Source: Candidatus Saccharimonadota bacterium
Lineage (GTDB): Bacteria; Pseudomonadota; Gammaproteobacteria; Enterobacterales; Enterobacteriaceae
Reading direction: 5' to 3'
DNA length: 32,000 nt
NCBI RefSeq assembly: GCF_964059045.1
Contig: NZ_OZ060402.1
Span: 574,949-606,948 of the forward strand
Part shown: positions 29,546-32,000 of the stretch, in pieces
How the letters are laid out: every line of letters starts with the position of its first letter
How positions within the stretch are numbered: the stretch's first letter is position 1
The notes under the pieces: generated by a model
The model's database searches: none
Told to the model about the DNA's origin: nothing
What the model saw: the letters and a program-made list of their open reading frames with translations, nothing else
Translations under genes and position numbers: made by a program

Positions 29546-30946
29546 TTAATATTTTACATAAGGATTTTTATTTTCTTTAAAATTTAATTTTATAGGTGTA
29601 TTAATTAATCCTAATTCACTTTGAAAATAATTTTTCAAATAACGTTTATAGGATGTTAACACACTATTTAATTTATTACCATGTATAATGATTAAAAATG
29701 GATTAAATCCTCCTATATGAGCATATTTAAATTTTATTTTTTTACCTTTTGACATAGGCGGTTCACATTTTTTTAGAGCTTCAATCATGATTTTAGTCAA
29801 TTTCGCACTACTTATTTTTAATATTGCAGTATTATAAGATTTTTTTGAAATTTCTAAAATTTTTTTAATATTAATAGAATATAAAGCTGAAATAAAATAA
29901 ATAGTAAAATTTTTTAAAAATTTTAATTTATAATATAAATCATGCTTGAAATTTTTTCTTTCATTAAGATTTAATAAATCCCATTTATTAACTAAAATTA
30001 TAACTGTTTTACCTAATTTTATAATTAAATTTAATAAATTTAAATCTTGATGTGTAATCATATTCTCTATATCTATTAATAGTAATACTATATTACTATC
30101 ATTCATAGATAACAAAGTTTTTTTTATTGAAAGGTTTGTTATAGAATTATTTTTATTTTTTTTTTTTGCTATACCAGCAGTATCAGTTAAAATAAATTGT
30201 TGACCATTACAAAAAAAAGGAATATCAATACTGTCTCTAGTTGTTCCAGCAACAGAACTAGTTATGACTCTATTTTTTTTTAATAATGCATTTATTAATG
30301 TAGATTTTCCTACATTTGGTCTTCCTATAATTGTTATTTTTAATAATGAATTATTTTTTTTGTTAAATTTTAAAACGGGCTTTTGATCTAAATATAATAA
30401 TGATTTATTAAAGATATGATTTTTTTGTTCATATTCTTTATTAATTAAAGTAATTAAGTATTCGTTAATTAATTTAGTAATACCAATACCATTTGATGCT
30501 GAAATAAAATGTACAAGTGGAAATCCTAAACTATGAAATTCTAATAAAATTGATGATTCACATAATCCATCGATTTTATTGACAACTAAAATAATATTTT
30601 TATGTAACATTCTAATTTCTTTTGCTATTCTGTAATCTACTGGTAATAAACCATCTCGAGCATTAACAACAAAAATAATTATATTTGAATCATTAATTGC
30701 TATTTTAGTTTGCAAATTACTTTTTTTTGTAATTAAATAATTTAGATTTAGTTCATTTTCATATTCTAATCCTGCAGTATCAATTATAAATATTTTTTTG
30801 TTGTTAATAAATATAGTACTAATTTTTCTATCTCTAGTAGTTCCATGAATATTAGATACTAAAGCATCTCTAGTTTTAGTTAATTGATTAAATAAAGTAG
30901 ATTTACCTACATTAGTTTTTCCAATTATAGAAATAATTGGTGTCAT
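29546..30946 (-). CDS. der: ribosome-associated GTPase Der (EngA), two tandem GTPase domains
   Basis: There are two G1 motifs (GKTNVGKSTLFN.LT.TRDALV and GRPNVGKSTLINALL), two DTAG motifs and two NK.D motifs, plus a C-terminal KH-like domain. The ATG at 30946 lies 5 nt after a strong aaggagg SD. The track start at 30952 is a GTG inside that SD. Confidence 0.92.
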   Translation of the reverse strand: MTPIISIIGKTNVGKSTLFNQLTKTRDALVSNIHGTTRDRKISTIFINNKKIFIIDTAGLEYENELNLNYLITKKSNLQTKIAINDSNIIIFVVNARDGLLPVDYRIAKEIRMLHKNIILVVNKIDGLCESSILLEFHSLGFPLVHFISASNGIGITKLINEYLITLINKEYEQKNHIFNKSLLYLDQKPVLKFNKKNNSLLKITIIGRPNVGKSTLINALLKKNRVITSSVAGTTRDSIDIPFFCNGQQFILTDTAGIAKKKNKNNSITNLSIKKTLLSMNDSNIVLLLIDIENMITHQDLNLLNLIIKLGKTVIILVNKWDLLNLNERKNFKHDLYYKLKFLKNFTIYFISALYSINIKKILEISKKSYNTAILKISSAKLTKIMIEALKKCEPPMSKGKKIKFKYAHIGGFNPFLIIIHGNKLNSVLTSYKRYLKNYFQSELGLINTPIKLNFKENKNPYVKY

Positions 30947-31031
30947 TTTCACCTCCTTATTTTTTATTGAACAAATTAAATATTTTTTAAATTTATTTTG
31001 GTTTTAAAAAAATAATTTATCAAAAATTAAA

Positions 31032-31643
31032 TTAATGACTATTGATATAATTTAATTTCATTCTAATAATATTTTTTGTTCGTTTATCCAATTGATATAA
31101 TAAACTTTTTTTCCATAAATATAAAGTTAAACTCTTATTTTTCTCTAATAAAAATAAATCTCCTTTAATATCTTCTATTATTTTTTTCCAATTATTATTC
31201 TTAATTGTATTTAAAACTTTTTTAGCAATTATGATATTTTGTTGTTCAATTTGCATTCTGGCTATTCTTAATTGAATAATAATTTTTAAATTTTCATCTG
31301 AAATATATGGTAAACAAAAATTTAATATCTGAATAGAAAAAGGAATATAATTCATTTGAACAAAAATTTTAGATAATTTTAAACTAATTAAAATACCATA
31401 AATATTTTTATTTTTAATAATAAATTTAAATACTCTTTTATTATATAAAATATTTTTTTTATTTAATTGATGCATTAATTGAGAATATTTTTGTAATCTA
31501 ATATTTTTTTCATAATATTCATTTTTTTTATAGAAATAACAACCCACCAAAAACATAAAAATAAAAATAAAAAAAATACTAAAAAAATATTTATTTTTCA
31601 TAAATTTATTTAAAAAAATAAATATTTTAAATAAAATAAACAT
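31032..31643 (-). CDS. yfgM: YfgM-family membrane-anchored TPR-like ancillary SecYEG/chaperone protein
   Basis: This is a 203-aa ORF with an N-terminal hydrophobic anchor. SDENLKIIIQLRIARMQIEQ matches E. coli YfgM TSDENLKAVINLRLARVQVQ. It lies upstream of der, as in E. coli. The ATG at 31643 has an aagga SD. Confidence 0.8.
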   Translation of the reverse strand: MFILFKIFIFLNKFMKNKYFFSIFFIFIFMFLVGCYFYKKNEYYEKNIRLQKYSQLMHQLNKKNILYNKRVFKFIIKNKNIYGILISLKLSKIFVQMNYIPFSIQILNFCLPYISDENLKIIIQLRIARMQIEQQNIIIAKKVLNTIKNNNWKKIIEDIKGDLFLLEKNKSLTLYLWKKSLLYQLDKRTKNIIRMKLNYINSH

Positions 31644-31652
31644 ATATATTTC

Positions 31653-31718
31653 CTTTTGTATAAAATATGTCTAAATGCATCTATTAATAGATGCATTTAG
31701 ACATATTTTATACAAAAG
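31653..31718. repeat. 66-bp perfect spacerless palindrome (33-bp arms) abutting the yfgM SD
   Basis: cttttgtataaaatatgtctaaatgcatctatt (31653-31685) is the exact reverse complement of 31686-31718. The outer 10 nt of the distal arm (tatacaaaag) are also the junction sequence of the adjacent tandem array. Confidence 0.97.
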
Positions 31719-31991
31719 AATTTTAATAATATTTATTTAGCATAAATAGTATAATTTATTGCATATACAAAAGAATTTTAATAATATTTATTTAGCATAA
31801 ATAGTATAATTTATTGCATATACAAAAGAATTTTAATAATATTTATTTAGCATAAATAGTATAATTTATTGCATATACAAAAGAATTTTAATAATATTTA
31901 TTTAGCATAAATAGTATAATTTATTGCATATACAAAAGAATTTTAATAATATTTATTTAGCATAATAATAATATTTATTTAGCATAAATAG
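31709..31991. repeat. 55-bp direct tandem repeat array, 4 identical full units plus a rearranged fifth
   Basis: The unit is tacaaaagaattttaataatatttatttagcataaatagtataatttattgcata. Units start at 31711, 31766, 31821 and 31876, and all four are identical. The fifth unit, at 31931, runs through unit positions 1-35 and then jumps back to positions 14-39. Unique sequence (agtgttgtc) resumes at 31992. Confidence 0.97.
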
Positions 31992-32000
31992 AGTGTTGTC

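Noticed and set aside
31709-31991. Possible CRISPR array
   Set aside because: The 55-bp units are directly abutting with no unique spacers, no cas genes are nearby, and the units are about 85-90% A/T. This is a plain tandem repeat.

Overview
This window is extremely AT-rich (roughly 20% G+C by eye, not computed) and densely packed with enterobacterial housekeeping genes. Gene content and order are orn-tRNAGly-rpmE-hslVU-fpr-epmA-coaD-[orphan]-rsmJ-pitA-ynfM-dapF-cyaY-hemCD-tRNA(Pro,His,Arg)-rho-trxA-rep-ilvCD-tRNATrp-iscSU-hscBA-fdx-der-yfgM. As far as I can recall, this matches the Buchnera aphidicola chromosome, a reduced aphid nutritional endosymbiont; I assigned the lineage from memory, not from a search. 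I support 27 protein genes and 5 tRNAs. I see no transposases, phage genes, CRISPR arrays, defence systems or toxin-antitoxin systems. Eight ORFs in the supplied track are opposite-strand or out-of-frame shadows of real genes, and several others carry false N-terminal extensions. The unusual content is in the spacers and in one gene. (1) Three long, perfectly complementary palindromes of unrelated sequence (91, 130 and 66 bp) each sit directly against the Shine-Dalgarno sequence of a minus-strand gene (rpmE, ilvD, yfgM). (2) A perfect 55-bp tandem array (4 full copies and a rearranged fifth) is fused to the third palindrome. (3) ynfM is split by a frameshift in an 11-nt poly(A) tract, and adding one A would restore the frame. 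(4) A 359-aa lineage-specific ORF with a low-complexity N-terminal half sits alone in a 1.7-kb gap. All homology statements come from remembered E. coli orthologue sequences, not database searches.
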